64,000 nt of DNA from Octopus sinensis (GCF_006345805.1 NC_043002.1:38254001-38318000); one strand, 5' to 3'; numbered from the stretch's first letter, positions 1 through 11,642 are shown. Notes: generated from the sequence alone by a model not told the origin. Program-made: numbers and translations.

Positions 1-360
1 ATTTCTGATTATTTTTTAAATATTTCAATTAACCTGAAGATTTACTGTAACCATAACTCGAATTATTAATTGAATTTAAATTATTGTTATTCGAATTGGT
101 ACAGCCATGAAACGATCGTAGTGTTTTACTCTTTACCTTTTATTAAACTTTTAATATTTGATATATATTTAAAATAATATAAATTAAATTAATTCTATGT
201 ATTGGCTTATGTTTTTCATTGTTCGATTTGCCTAATAGTGTTTTAATCTCTAATTTAATATATATATATTATATATATTATATATATTATATATATATGT
301 GTGTTGTATGTGTGTGGTGTTTGTGTGTGTGTGGTGTGTGCGTGTGTGTGTGTGTTCTTG

Positions 361-568
361 TGTTTCTCCCCCCAACATCGCTTGGCAACTGATGCTGGTG
401 TGTTACGTACCAGTAACTTAGCGGTTCGGCAAAAGAGACCGATAGAATAAGTACTAGGCTTACAAAGAATAAGTCATGGGGTCGATTTGCTCGACTAAAG
501 GCTGTGCTTTAGCATGGCCGCAGTCAAATTACTGAAACAAGTAAAAGAGTAATACAGAGTAAAGAGTA
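361..568 (+). mobile_element. tRNA-derived SINE, 3' half (family A)
   Basis: Matches the reverse complement of the full-length copy at 39863-40269 (AACATCGCTTG..., GATAGAATAAGTACTAGGCTTACAAAGAATAAGTC, AGCATGGCCGCAGTCAAAT.ACTGAAACAAGTAAAAGAGTA tail). Confidence 0.85.
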
Positions 569-904
569 TATATGTGTGTGTTTGTGTGTGCGTACGAGAG
601 AGGGAGAGAAAGTAAGAGAGAGGAAGAGTGCCTGTGTGTGTGTGACATGGGTGTATACATGAAATATCGACTAAGCCCCACCTATCGCTACACTGCCGGG
701 TAACGACCTACTCAAGATGAACCTTCAGCAGAAGCCTACACTATTGATTACATTGATATGCTCAGCAACAACCCGCTCGTTTTTCTTGAAACTAATTTCA
801 TTTCTATCTGTCACACACACACACACACAAATACACATACACATACTCTCAATCTCTTTTTTTCTCTCTTTCACATAGACACACACACGCACACACACTC
901 TCAA

Positions 905-943
<39 letters not shown>

Positions 944-1051
944 ACAACAACAGCAACAACAACATGCTGCTATTATATCGAAGTTATTTTAATTTCTGTG
1001 TTGCGTTCTCTATATGTTGAAAGACATACAGAAACACATTATCATGCAGAA

Positions 1052-1101
<50 letters not shown>

Positions 1102-1604
1102 ACACACACATACAGAAATAACCAAAAAGATAGATATGTTATCTGTGTTGTATTGTGTTGACAGGCTTACACTTAAAATTCCTGCATTTTTTAATCAAAA
1201 CTTGTTAGTTACTTTGGTGACAACACTATCTATTTATCAATCTCACTTTGCAGTCAAGGAGTTATGAATTTAGTCCTAATGCGTGCTAACTTGGAAAAGT
1301 GTCTTCTACTGTAGCCGTGGCTACACCAATATTGTGTGAGCAACTTTCCTAGACAAAAACCTTGTGGAAGCCAGTCGTTTTCATGTAAATATATATATAT
1401 ATATATGAGATAAGAGAAAAAATCTATCAGAAAGGAACTCTATCTCTCTTAAAAATATATCTTTTGATAAGCATAACAAATGCGCAACCGGTAAAAAGAA
1501 CTTTCACCTAATTAAATACACTCTCCCTTACTTAAATTATTTTGTCAGCATTTTCTTCATTTCCTTTTTTTATACATCACAACTCGTGTTCCACATCTCC
1601 TTTT

Positions 1605-1760
<156 letters not shown>

Positions 1761-1882
1761 GCAAGAAGAAATGGAGAGAAAATAACAGGAAGAAGTTAGT
1801 CGTTTGTGCTAGTAAGCCATTAATTTAATTAATAAAGAACAGCGGTAGTAATAGAACATTTACGATTGTTTCTGTTTACCAG

Positions 1883-1925
1883 CTGTGGCGGTAGACATCA
1901 TCAGAATGCAGAGCCATATGTAGAG
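1883..1925 (+). CDS. candidate 43-bp internal exon (CGGRHHQNAEPYVE), unverified
   Basis: Acceptor TTGTTTCTGTTTACCAG| and donor GAG|GTGAGA; only one of three frames is open. No homology recognised. Confidence 0.25.
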
Positions 1926-2320
1926 GTGAGAAGAGCGAAAGACATAGAAATACATTGGTAACGAGAGTAAAGACAAAGAATGGTGAATCTTACATTATAG
2001 TAGAATTCTTAGTTGATAATTCTGCTGCAAAGTGGATGTAAGATGGACGTTATTATGATCTGTAGTCCCAAGTTTAAGTAGGCGCATATTTTCCACGTGT
2101 TCATTCTGGCTAGACTTTTCACCGGTGGTATAAATAGAGTGGGTTAACTCTAATTCATGGTTGAAAGGAGGCTAACTCTATCCGGATTACTCAGTCCAGT
2201 ATTACTCAGTAAAGTATTTATGTGTCTTTTGGACTTAAGTTATAGAAAGTTCGTAGTAAATGGAGGAAGCCTTTGGATTAAACCATCCCTTGGAGGTTTT
2301 GAACGCCTCTAACTTAAACC

Positions 2321-2371
<51 letters not shown>

Positions 2372-2447
2372 ATCTTACTCTCACTCCATCTCGCTGTCTC
2401 TTTTTCGGTCTCTCTGTCTGACTCTGTCTCTCTCTGTCTCTCTCTGC

Positions 2448-2497
<50 letters not shown>

Positions 2498-2774
2498 CAA
2501 CAATTGAGGGTAAAATTAATTAATTATTAATCAATTTCACCAAGTATTCAGTATGCAAAGGGACCATTTAAGGCGAATTCAAATTATTACATTATATAAA
2601 AGGGCTTAGTAAAATAAATTACTTTGCCGCATACTGAACTCATTAGAAATAGTAGCTAAAAAAACTTTTTTAAAACTATTTCTAATACTTAAAGAAAACC
2701 TCTCTCATATAGTGTTTGCTCAATTCAACTCACGAAAGTATGGGGGTAAAGACATTAAAAAATCAAATGCAAAG

Positions 2775-2836
2775 GTTATTTGAAAACGTACGTTTCAAGA
2801 TTAGTCAACTCGACATTTCTATCATCAGCTCAGAAC
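2775..2836 (-). ncRNA. type I hammerhead ribozyme motif, unit 1
   Basis: Minus strand TGAG-CTGATGA-(25 nt stem II)-GAAA-CGTACG-TT^TTCA; stem I closes with a G.U wobble. Confidence 0.65.
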
Positions 2837-3333
2837 TTCTTGGTTTGGATTTGAAAACACTGAAAGTGGGAGCATACCCTTTCGGCTTCTTATCGCTTCT
2901 GAAGATCTGCTCGAAACTAACAGTGCCAGCAAACTCAAATATGCAAGCGAAGAATTTCTGCTCTCCCCTTTCCACCAGCGTGGGTTAAAATCAGTAAACA
3001 CTATGCTTTTTCGGTAAAATCCGAGGCATTAAATAGAGAGAGATGAATTATAATTTCAACAATTGAGGGTAAAATTAATTAATTATTAATCAATTTCACC
3101 AAGTATTCAGTATGCAAAGGGACCATTTAAGGCGAATTCAAATTATTACATTATATAAAAGGGCTTAGTAAAATAAATTACTTTGCCGCATACTGAACTC
3201 ATTAGAAATAGTAGCTAAAAAAACTTTTTAAAAACTATTTCTAATACTTAAAGAAAACCTCTCTCATATAGTGTTTGCTCAATTCAACTCACGAAAGTAT
3301 GGGGGTAAAGACATTAAAAAATCAAATGCAAAG

Positions 3334-3395
3334 GTTATTTGAGAACGTACGTTTCAAGATTAGTCAACTCGACATTTCTATCATCAGCTCAGAAC
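3334..3395 (-). ncRNA. type I hammerhead ribozyme motif, unit 2 (best copy)
   Basis: Minus strand GTTC-TGAG-CTGATGA-TAGAAATGTCGAGTTGACTAATCTT-GAAA-CGTACG-TT^CTCA-AAT-AAC: intact CUGAUGA/GAAA/UH core, stem I TGAG/CTCA plus GTT/AAC, palindromic stem III ACGTACGT, stem II AGA/TCT plus GTCG/TGAC. The base of stem II is a non-canonical U.U. Confidence 0.72.
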
Positions 3396-3891
3396 TCCTT
3401 GGTTTGGATTTGAAAACACTGAAAGTGGGAGCATACCCTTTCGGCTTCTTATCGCTTCTGAAGATCTGCTCGAAACTAACAGTGCCAGCAAACTCAAATA
3501 TGCAAGCGAAGAATTTCTGCTCTCCCCTTTCCACCAGCGTGGGTTAAAATCAGTAAACACTATGCTTTTTCGGTAAAATCCGAGGCATTAAATAGAGAGA
3601 GATGAATTATAATTTCAACAATTGAGGGTAAAATTAATTAATTATTAATCAATTTCACCAAGTATTCAGTATGCAAAGGGACCATTTAGGCGAATTCAAA
3701 TTATTACATTATATAAAAGGGCTTAGTAAAATAAATTACTTTGCCGCATACTGAACTCATTAGAAATAGTAGCTAAAGAAACTTTTTTAAAACTATTTCT
3801 AATACTTAAAGAAAACCTCTCTCATATAGTGTTTGCTCAATTCAACTCACGAAAGTATGGGGGTAAAGACATTAAAAAATCAAATGCAAAG

Positions 3892-3953
3892 GTTATTTGT
3901 GAACGTACGTTTCAAGATTAGTCAACTCGACATTTCTATCATCAGCTCAGAAC
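3892..3953 (-). ncRNA. type I hammerhead ribozyme motif, unit 3 (stem I mismatch)
   Basis: Same core as unit 2, but the 3' strand of stem I reads CACA (A.A mismatch at the second pair). Confidence 0.55.
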
Positions 3954-4221
3954 TCCTTGGTTTGGATTTGAAAAAACTGAAAGTGGGAGCATACCCTTTC
4001 GGCTTCTTATCTTGACTAATCTTGAAACGTACGTTCTCAAATAACCTTTGCATTTGATTTTTTAATGTCTTTACCCCCATACTTTCGTGAGTTGAATTGA
4101 GCAAAGACTATATGAGAGAGGTTTTCTTTAAGTATTAGAAATAGTTTTAAAAAAGTTTTTTTAGCTACTATTTCTAATGAGTTCAGTATGCGGCAAAGTA
4201 ATTTATTTTACTAAGCCCTTT

Positions 4222-4281
<60 letters not shown>

Positions 4282-4309
4282 ATTATATATATATATATAT
4301 ATATATATA

Positions 4310-4640
4310 ATGGCTCAGTGGTTAGAGCGTCGAGCTTACGATCGTGAGGTTGTGAGCTCGAATCCCGGACCGGGCTGCGTGTTGTGTTCTCGAGCAAGGC
4401 ACTTTATTTCACGTTGCTCCAGTTCACTCAGCTGTAGAAATGAGTTGCGACGTCACAGGTGCCAAGCTGTATCGACCTTTGTCTTTCCCTTGGATAACAC
4501 TGGTGGCGTGGAGAGGGGAGGCTGGTATGCATGGGCGACTGCTAGCCTTCCATAAACAACCTTGCCCGGACTTGTGTCTAGGAGGGTAACTTTCTAGGTG
4601 CAATCCCATGGTCATTCATGACCGAAGGGGGTCTTTACCC
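4310..4640 (+). mobile_element. tRNA-derived SINE (family B), near full length
   Basis: A box TGGCTCAGTGG, B-box-like GAGCTCGAATCCC, central GAGCAAGGCACTTTATTTCAC...CCAGTTCACTCAGCTG block; a diverged opposite-strand copy lies at 60460-60698. Confidence 0.85.
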
Positions 4641-4693
4641 TTTATATGTATGATTGCTTCATCTTGACAGATACCATCCCATCAACCCACACC

Positions 4694-4923
4694 TATTTCT
4701 TTACTACCCACAATGGGCTAAACACAGGAGGGACAAACAACGACAGACAAACAGATTAAGTCGGTTATATCGACCCCAGTGCGTAGCTGGTACTTATTTA
4801 ATCGACCCCTAAAGGATGAAAGGCAAAGTCGACCTCGGCGGAATTTGAACTCAGAACGTAACTGCAGACAAAATACCACTAAGCATTTCGCCCGGTGTGC
4901 TAACGTTTCTGCCAGCTCCCCGG
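4694..4923 (-). mobile_element. tRNA-derived SINE (family C) with 15-bp target-site duplication
   Basis: Flanked by perfect CCATCAACCCACACC at 4679-4693 and 4924-4938; homologous to copies at 8407-8821 and 55134-55364. Confidence 0.9.
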
Positions 4924-4944
4924 CCATCAACCCACACCATCACA

Positions 4945-5100
4945 CAGCATAATCCCTCCATTGATGAGCCCTCAGGTGACTTCTAAGACCAGCCGCTAAC
5001 TGACAGGGTTTAAAATACAAATGACAGATATGATTCAAGTTTCTTCTGCATCTTTGCCATCTGTGAACAAGCGTATGCCTTTTAATTTCAAGTATTGCAA
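4945..5100 (-). mobile_element. RTE-type LINE 3' end remnant (C-terminal Cys/His motif)
   Basis: Minus frame ...NHICHLYFKPCQLAAGLRSHLRAH resembles the RTE/BovB-like C-terminal CxxC...GLxSHxRxH motif. Confidence 0.5.
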
Positions 5101-5273
5101 TCTTATACCCTAAAGGGTTTGTGTGTGTATGTGTGTGTGTGTGTGTGTATTTGTATACATATAGTAACAAACTGAGGAAAAGAAATCCTTCAAAGGGGTG
5201 TGTTAAACATCCAGTTCACTGGTACATCAGTTGGATACCATATAAATATTGGTATAATGCAATTACGAAAATA

Positions 5274-5542
5274 AATTAAATAGAGAGACACTATTGACAA
5301 AACCAATAATTTATTATAATACAACATAATATTATGTAACATAAACAATTATTTTAAAACCCATAAAAGGCCAACAAATTGTTTCGACTTACATATATTT
5401 TCTGATAATTTGTTGGCCCTTTATGTCTTTTTTTTAAATAATTGTTTGTTATATAATATTATGCTATATCATATTCATAGTATATCATGTAACATAATAT
5501 AAATAAATTATTGGCTTGTCAATAGTATCTCTCTATTTAATT
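5274..5542. mobile_element. AT-rich fold-back / MITE-like palindrome
   Basis: 5274-5312 AATTAAATAGAGAGACACTATTGACAAAACCAATAATTT matches the reverse complement of the right end (to 5542) with few differences; inner arms ...ATAAAAGGCCAACAAATT / AATTTGTTGGCCCTTTAT also pair. Confidence 0.7.
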
Positions 5543-5600
5543 CATCTTTTTATTTGGATACACACACACATCCATATATATTACATACATATATACATAC

Positions 5601-7760
5601 TGTTGCTGAAGTATTCCGACTACCCCCATGTGACTAAAGTGGACTGACACATTGCTATAAAATTAACTGCTGTGAGCAATTGATTAGGATGCAGTTCACT
5701 GTGGGGCGTAGCAGAGAGCGGTTAACAACGTGGAGCAGTGATCGTAGTGCGACTTACGAATACTTTCTCCCCACTACTTAGTTAAGCTATTTATCCAACA
5801 CCAGGATATAAAATTGGCAACGAGTTGTTCGAAGCTTGAGTCGGACGTCTAGAATTTTTTTTAGTACGAAACCAAAGAGCAAATCTTTTCACATGAAGGA
5901 CTTGTTGGCCTCTGTGGTGCAGTTGCAACAACAACATCAACAACAGCAAATACAACAGCAACTACAATAGCGACGGCAGCAACTATACCAGCAACAAGAG
6001 CAGCCGTCCAAGATTATGGAGATTTCGTCACCTATGCTAGGGTTGTTAACAGAGAGTGTCAAAAATTGAAATTAAATTATTTAACCTCGGACATGTTCAA
6101 ATGTCTAATTTTCGTTCAAGTGTTAACTGCAAACCAAGATGCAGATATACATTACCGGATATTAACAAAATTAGAACAGGACCAACACTTAAATCAGTCT
6201 GTGTGCTGACTTTCCTACTGGTTTAAGCGAATATCTTAAAATATTCCACTATCCGATACCTACCCCGGAGGTCATTTTTGGGATCTTTACCTTTTGACCG
6301 ACAGATTTAAAAAATAATTTTTTGTAACTAAACACTTTCAAACTTCGGATACTGGTAGAATGTGCCATAAAGAACATCTTTTACTCTTAGCGTTTTTTGA
6401 GAAAACCTTATACTTAGGAAGTTATTTCACGTTTATGTTGTCGTATTTCGGTAATTTCAACCAATCAATGACGTGTATTCAGCTGAATAAAATTTTGAGA
6501 ATGAAATCGTGAATGAGAAGTTATGTATATTGCCAACAATGGACCGTGACACTGAAGAATAGTGAGAACTTGTAGAGGGTGTGCTTAGCTGCAAATGTAA
6601 CCACCACTAAATGGCAACTGTGACAATAAACAGCTATTCCATGGTCCAAACTGCATGTTGATTGCGCAGGTCCGCTTAAAGGTTCATATTATCTTGTTGT
6701 GGTAAACAGCTTTTAAAAGTGGCCTGAAGTGCATAAGTGTAAAAAGCCGACATCTGCGGTTACGAAAACTCTTTTGCACGAATTGTTCGTCAGATAGGGT
6801 ATTACTGATAACATTGTATCTGATAATGGAACTCAATTTACTTCAGACGAGTTCAGAAAATTTTGTAAAATGTTCGTTATCGAACATATCACCACTCCAC
6901 CGTATTTTCCTAGGTCAAATGGTCAAGCGGAGAGTTTTGTTGACACTTTCTAGAGGGCATTAAAAAAGGCTAACAATGAGGTAATGGACGACCTTGCACT
7001 TCAACATTTTCTAAGGGTATACCGAGTAACAACTAATCCGAATACCCCGTCTGGAATGTCACCCGCAGAACTGATATTTGCTAGAAAGATTAGATCCGTT
7101 TTTGATAAGTTGATACCGAGTAAAAATAGAAAAATGGCGAACAATAAATATACTTCAAAATTCTTCAAGTTAGGCGACAAATTTTTTTTTTTAACCTATC
7201 TATATGGTTAAGAAAGATGGGTGGGCGGTGTAATTATTAAACAAATTGAAAGAAGGATATTCCTGGTAAAAGGAAAAATGTCGAATATAAAAGACATATT
7301 AACCAACTCAAAAAAGATTCACGGAGAAAACAGTCGCGAGAAATGAAATCCACATGGAAGTATTGTACGACACGTTTGAGGTACCAACACCAAAATAATT
7401 TGAAACTACTTGTTCTGGCACCAGAAAACGGAAAAGAACGGAAACACTGGAACTGAACCCTAAGCGGAAGAGATATCAAAACTCTGAGCGGAGTTGAATT
7501 CTCAAAGGAGAAGTTAGGGGAGACTAATTCTATAAAGGGGAGATGCTGTGGAAGGATTCCGACCACCCCCATGTGACTAAAGTGGACTGACATACTGCTA
7601 TAACATAAAGTGCTGTGAGCAATTGATTAGAAAACAGTTCACTATAGGCCGTTGGTAGAGAACGTTTAACTTCGTGTAACAATAATCGTAGTGAGTTGTA
7701 TGAATACTTTCTTTCCCCTTGCTTCATTAAATTATTTATCCAACACCAGGATATAAAACA
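5601..7760 (+). mobile_element. Ty3/Gypsy LTR retrotransposon, internally deleted and decayed
   Basis: Two homologous ~215-bp LTRs (5601-5813, 7544-7760), PBS-like TTGGCAACGAG at 5814, PPT AAAGGGGAGA at 7534-7543, Gln-rich gag stub near 5893, integrase remnant; no RT or RNase H visible. Confidence 0.9.
6497..7120 (+). pseudogene. Gypsy integrase (rve) pseudogene
   Basis: Translation with stops/frameshifts: PWSKLHVDCAGPLKGSYYLVVVNSF*KWPEV...IVSDNGTQFTSDEFRKFC...TTPPYFPRSNGQAESFVDTF*RALKK...YRVTTNPNTPSGMSPAELIFARKIRS. Confidence 0.92.
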
Positions 7761-8244
7761 TACATACATACATACATACATTCATAGCCATGTGTGTGAT
7801 GTGTGCAAGCGTTAACGTGTGCGTGTCTTTTTGTCTACGTTTTTACCCCACCCACCCATGTTGGATAACCGGTGCTGGCTTGTTTCGCGGTACTACAGAA
7901 GATGCCTTTAGAATATACACCAGACTTCAATAGATATATAGCGATGTCTACTTAATGGACTAAAACCCGTGAAAGCGGGATTGAAGCCTGGATGCATTCC
8001 AAAAACTGAAACAACTAAAAGATGAAAGATAGATGTAAATATCGATGTACTAAATTGATTGATTTTTGGCTTTTCCGATTTATTTTCAAATCCTTTCATC
8101 TTATAGTTTTGTATTTAATTCTAGTTCTTAATTATAAAACAGCGTTGGAGTGCAAATAATTACAAATTCATTTTTCAAGAAGATTTGATCCCGAAAGCGT
8201 CAACAGAATATTTTACTTAATTTGGAATATCTGATTTAATGTCC

Positions 8245-8821
8245 TTTCTACTATGGATACAAGCCCTGAAATTTGAGGAAGAGGACTAGCCTATTACATC
8301 GACTCTAGTGCCTCGCTGGTGCTTATCTTATCGAACCCGAAAGAATGAAAGGTAAAATCCTTCACGGCGGAATTTGAGCTAAGAACGTAAAGACGGACAA
8401 AATACCTATTTCTTTACTACCCACAAGGGGCTAAACACAGAGAGGACAAACAAGGACAGGTAAACGGATTAAGTCGATTATATCGACCCCAGTGCGTAAC
8501 TGGTACTCATTTAATCGACCCCGAAAGGATGAACGGAAACGTCGACCACGGCGGAATTTGGACTCAGAACGTAACGGCAGAAGAAATACTTATTTCTTTA
8601 CTACCCCCAAGGGGCTAAACACAGAGAGAACAAACAAGGACAGACAAACGGATCAAGTCGATTATATCGACCCCAGTGCGTAACTGGTACTTAATTTATC
8701 GACCCCGAAAGGATGGAAGGCAAAGTCGACCTTAGCGGAATCTGAACTCAGAACGTAACGGCAGACGAAATACGGCTACGCATTTCGCCCGGCATGCTAA
8801 CGTTTCTGCCAGCTCGCTGCC
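8245..8821 (-). mobile_element. head-to-tail SINE trimer (family C)
   Basis: An older body (8245-8406), a headless 184-bp unit (8407-8590) and a full copy (8591-8821) are joined at the same internal site (...AAATAC[C/T]|TATTTCTTTACTAC). Confidence 0.85.
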
Positions 8822-8949
8822 TTAGTGACTGATATCGTATGAAACTGTTCTCCTTCCGCGTTTTATAGTGACTGAGTTTGTAAGGATTTCCTTTGGACAG
8901 ATTGTAAAAATGAGAACATAAGAACAAAAGTCGTCTGTACTACTGCTCT

Positions 8950-9277
8950 CATTCCTGCTGCTAGTGACGCTACAGATGATATTGAGGGGGTGGTGGTGGA
9001 AGTGGAGGGGGAGGAGGGGATGGGAAAGATGTTGATCGTGTCGGTATTGTTGGTGGTTAAGGTTGTTATTTCTCTTGCTGTTGCTACTACCGCCGTCACC
9101 GCTACTTCTGCTGCTACAGTTTTTTCTGCTACTGCTGCTGCTGCTGCTGATGTTGATGATGATGATGACGGCGACGACGACAGCAATAAGTATTGATAAT
9201 GATGATGACGCCATCGATCATAATGAGATCACGACGACGATGATAAAAAGGTTGATGCTGATGATGACAATGATTAC

Positions 9278-9310
<33 letters not shown>

Positions 9311-9381
9311 GTGACGACGACGACGACGAAGATGATGACGATGATGACGATGACGACGATGACGGCGATGACGACGATGAC

Positions 9382-9425
<44 letters not shown>

Positions 9426-9493
9426 CGACGACGATGATAATCATGATAGTGTTGATGAAGATGATTTGGATGCTATGATTTTTGTTGTTTTTG

Positions 9494-9525
<32 letters not shown>

Positions 9526-9535
9526 AGTGGTGATG
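8950..9535. repeat. compound trinucleotide repeat block (GCT/GAT/GAC/GTT/GGT)
   Basis: Directly visible; source of the poly-M, poly-I and poly-T ORFs in the track. Confidence 0.97.
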
Positions 9536-10275
9536 AAAGAAATTGGTTTTGAAAAAAAAAACATGGTTGCTGACTGCGGTGACTGAGGCGTGATAGTGGT
9601 GAAGCTGTGTTTGATAGTTTGATGACAGAATTTCTGGGTATTATGTCGGTTTATTATCTGCTGCCTTCAATACTGTCTAAATAGAAACGGAAGACAACTG
9701 CCGGATATTCTTTTGTCTGCGAGAAACCATTGATTAACTTGCTACTGTATGGAATAAAATTATTTTGGCAACGTGTTTTTTTTTCTCTCTAAACCACCAC
9801 TCCCATCATTCTCAGCGTCATCGAATAATTTTAGTGTTACGTTTCTTTTGAGTGAGTATAGATTCCGTTTAGTTTTTATTTAAATACTCACAAGAAATAA
9901 TCAGTACAATACAAATTAATTGAATACCAATTAATTTTCGTATGCTAAAATAAATATTCCCTTTGATTTATTTTTTTCTTTTCTTTCACATGAAAAGTAT
10001 CTTTTATCTTCCGAAATTAATTTATAATTTAATATGCTCTTCAATTAGATTTTTAAAATCTTAACAGACTAGCAAAAATGTTACACACACACACACGTAT
10101 ACGTAGACGCACACTCATAAGCTTTGTTACTGTGCGGCACGCATAATAATTAGGAGATGTAAACATTAACAGAGATTAATTTACATAAATTTACATAAGC
10201 GTATAAATAAATATAGGTAAATGTACTCTTTCTTTATGTCTAAAATAGAAGACAGTGTACGCGTATATGTAAACA

Positions 10276-10313
<38 letters not shown>

Positions 10314-10672
10314 CATAGACTCGTTATGTCACTAAGGAGCTCATTTTGCAACGACTAGGTTTAGTGTTTAGTCCACTGCGAAATATATTGAGCGTTCTCC
10401 ACAATAGCTCCGAACCGAGAAATGATTTGTGAGTGAATTTGTGAGTCTTAAATAGAGTGGAAATTCGTTGTGCACGCATACACACACACACAAACATCCC
10501 TACACATTCATATATATATATGTATATATATATCTTTTATGTTTTTTCTTTTACTTGTTTCAGTCACTTTGAATGCGGCCGTGCTGGGCACCACCTTGAT
10601 TAGAAAAGCTATAACATGTATATATATTCTTATATATACATTCTTATATAACATATATATTCGAACACATGC

Positions 10673-10734
<62 letters not shown>

Positions 10735-10768
10735 GTGTGAGTGTATTTGTATATACCTACTTATACAC

Positions 10769-10816
<48 letters not shown>

Positions 10817-11199
10817 GTATGTACGTATGTGCCCCAGCATGGCCGCAGTCAAATGACTGAAACATGTAAAAGAATAAAAGTAAAATAATATATATATCAA
10901 ATTGTAAAATTATCCACCATATTGCATTTTATGCCATAATGAACAATCCACCGTTTGCAGAGAAGGAAAAACGTCACAATACATAGAAATAAACCAGTAA
11001 TTGTCGACGTTGTAATGACGCAAGATTGGTTATAATGTAAATCGACGCAACAATTGTAAACTAACTAATAAACGCAATTTACTATTTCTTTTTATTATAC
11101 ATACAATAGCATACATTGGTACAGTGGCGTCTGAAGAGATGCTCAGACCTTTCAATTTTCAGTAGTGCTTCATTAGGTAAACACGTGGATTATATATCC

Positions 11200-11475
11200 C
11201 AATTCAATTACAATATATGTATGTATATAAATATGTATGTATGTATATGCATATACGTAATATATACGTAAATATTTATATGTATGTATTTGTATACACG
11301 CACACACATACACGCGCGCGCGCACGCACAATTACACACACACACACACATATATAGAGAGAGATGTGTGTAATATATATATATGTGCGTGTGTGTGCGT
11401 ATAAATACATATGTACAGTATTTACGTATGTCTGTATGTAAGTATGTATGCATGTATCCATCTCTCTTACACACA

Positions 11476-11525
<50 letters not shown>

Positions 11526-11642
11526 ATATATATATATATATATACATATATATACACATATATATAATATATACATACAAGTGTATATATATATACATAT
11601 ATATGCCTTCTCCCACACTTTCTCTCTCGCTCTCTCTCTCTA

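Larger units (their letters stand above)
2494..4229 (-). mobile_element. 559-bp tandem array (2 full units + 1 truncated) with terminal inverted partial copy; non-autonomous PLE-like / retrozyme-like element
   Basis: Units start at 2494, 3053 and 3612 and differ by only a few bases; unit 3 stops at 4011; 4012-4229 is the reverse complement of 3708-3925; both ends abut (TA)n; each unit carries a hammerhead motif on the minus strand. Confidence 0.8.

Noticed and set aside
758-1267. Long ORFs such as 758..1267, 8822..9564, 29123..33700 and 50943..51473
   Set aside because: They are translations of (CA)/(TA)/(GATA) or trinucleotide microsatellites that lack stop codons by composition.
2890-2930. 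Plus-strand hammerhead CTGAAGA...GAAAC in the 559-bp unit
   Set aside because: No G-C stem II, the cleavage position would be G, and stem I does not pair.
2716-4104. Repeated 90-aa ORF MLNSTHES... as a protein-coding gene family
   Set aside because: It starts at TTG, has no recognisable domain, and simply recurs with the 559-bp repeat; the structured signal is on the opposite strand.
2494-4229. CRISPR-like array
   Set aside because: Units are 559-bp near-identical repeats with no unique spacers, the context is eukaryotic, and no cas genes are present.
4310-4385. tRNA genes at SINE heads (also 34790-34863, 36310-36370, 49261-49330)
   Set aside because: A and B boxes are present, but there is no complete cloverleaf or acceptor stem and each continues into SINE body sequence.
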